Origin: Nostoc sp.
GTDB taxonomy: Bacteria > Cyanobacteriota > Cyanobacteriia > Cyanobacteriales > Nostocaceae
Assembly (NCBI GenBank): GCA_036918135.1
Contig: JBALDB010000018.1
Span: forward strand, 64,001 to 128,000
Reading direction: 5' to 3'
Length of the DNA stretch: 64,000 bases
The notes below the pieces were generated by a model. It saw nothing but the letters and a program-made list of their open reading frames with translations, searched no databases and had not been told where the DNA came from. The position numbers were made by a program, and so were the translations under genes. Below are positions 63,357 through 64,000 of the stretch, piece by piece. Position 1 is the first letter of the stretch; each line of letters begins with the position of its first letter.

Positions 63357-64000
63357 CTAATGAATAAGATTTACAGAGTAGGATTTATCTAGCTCAGAAT
63401 CCTTTGAAACTGCATTGGCAATTGCTGCTACAACTTCTTTAATTTGGCTACTGCTCAAACCAGGATACATAGGTAATGATAATATTTGCTTTGATAACTT
63501 TTCTGCTTCGGGAAAATCTCCAGACTGATAGCCTAAATAACTAAATGCTGGCTGGAGATGACAAGGAATGGGGTAATGAATACCAGTTTGAATTCCCGCT
63601 GCTGTTAGTTCTTCCTGGAGTTGCTGGCGTTCTATAGGGCAAGAATCATCAATTCTAATCACATAAAGATGATAAACGTGTCCTGTTCCACTTTGGTTTT
63701 CGAGTGGGATAATACCAAGAGTTGCTAAAGGTGCTAATTCTCGATCGTACTCCTTGGCGATATTCAAGCGATCGCGATTCCACTGTGGTAAATATGGTAG
63801 TTTCTGGTGCAAGATAGCTGCTTGCAAAGTATCTAAGCGGCTATTTGTACCCGGTTCTGTGTGAAAATATTTTTGCGATGCGCCATAATTTCGCAAGCGT
63901 ACCATCTTCTGAGCTACATCTGAATTTTGTGTTAGTAGCATTCCCCCATCTCCAAATGCTCCCAAATTTTTGCTGGGATAGAAACTGAAAGCTGCTGCTA
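63357..64000 (-). CDS. DegT/DnrJ/EryC1/StrS sugar aminotransferase (3' part)
   Basis: AAFSFYPSKNLGAFGDGG, GTNSRLDTLQAA, HVYHLY, LSLPMYP. Start lies beyond the window end. Confidence 0.93.
   Translation of the reverse strand, partial: AAAFSFYPSKNLGAFGDGGMLLTQNSDVAQKMVRLRNYGASQKYFHTEPGTNSRLDTLQAAILHQKLPYLPQWNRDRLNIAKEYDRELAPLATLGIIPLENQSGTGHVYHLYVIRIDDSCPIERQQLQEELTAAGIQTGIHYPIPCHLQPAFSYLGYQSGDFPEAEKLSKQILSLPMYPGLSSSQIKEVVAAIANAVSKDSELDKSYSVNLIH

Overview
This is chromosomal DNA from a heterocyst-forming cyanobacterium (Nostoc/Anabaena-like). The evidence is abundant HIP1 octamers (GCGATCGC), heptamer tandem repeats (e.g. TAGTCAT, TGGGCAT), and the syntenic block amiC1-amiC2-murI-sds-hetZ-patU ... 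remA-gmk-psaL-psaJ-psaF-tsaD. Most of the window is core genome: prfC (truncated), hemB, pdhB, secDF, tsaC, prmC, tic22, tRNA-Pro, ssb, mreBCD, uvrB, two rhomboids, and the end of a cyanoexosortase-B/Wza/Wzc polysaccharide locus. Accessory DNA includes a decayed IS630 element, several MITEs and small dispersed repeats, a 12x21-bp tandem array, and a phosphotransferase/epimerase pair. The most interesting stretch is a variable locus just downstream of uvrB (50.6-54.0 kb). There, two Uma2 nuclease genes are each followed by a degenerate copy of the uvrB 3' tail that begins at a HIP1 site, which suggests serial HIP1-anchored cassette insertion. They are followed by a tightly coupled three-gene operon (STAS-like+GHKL kinase, small STAS protein, PIN RNase) that looks like a partner-switching, phosphorylation-gated toxin or defence system. 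Gene calls come from motif recognition and remembered synteny; no database search was run.
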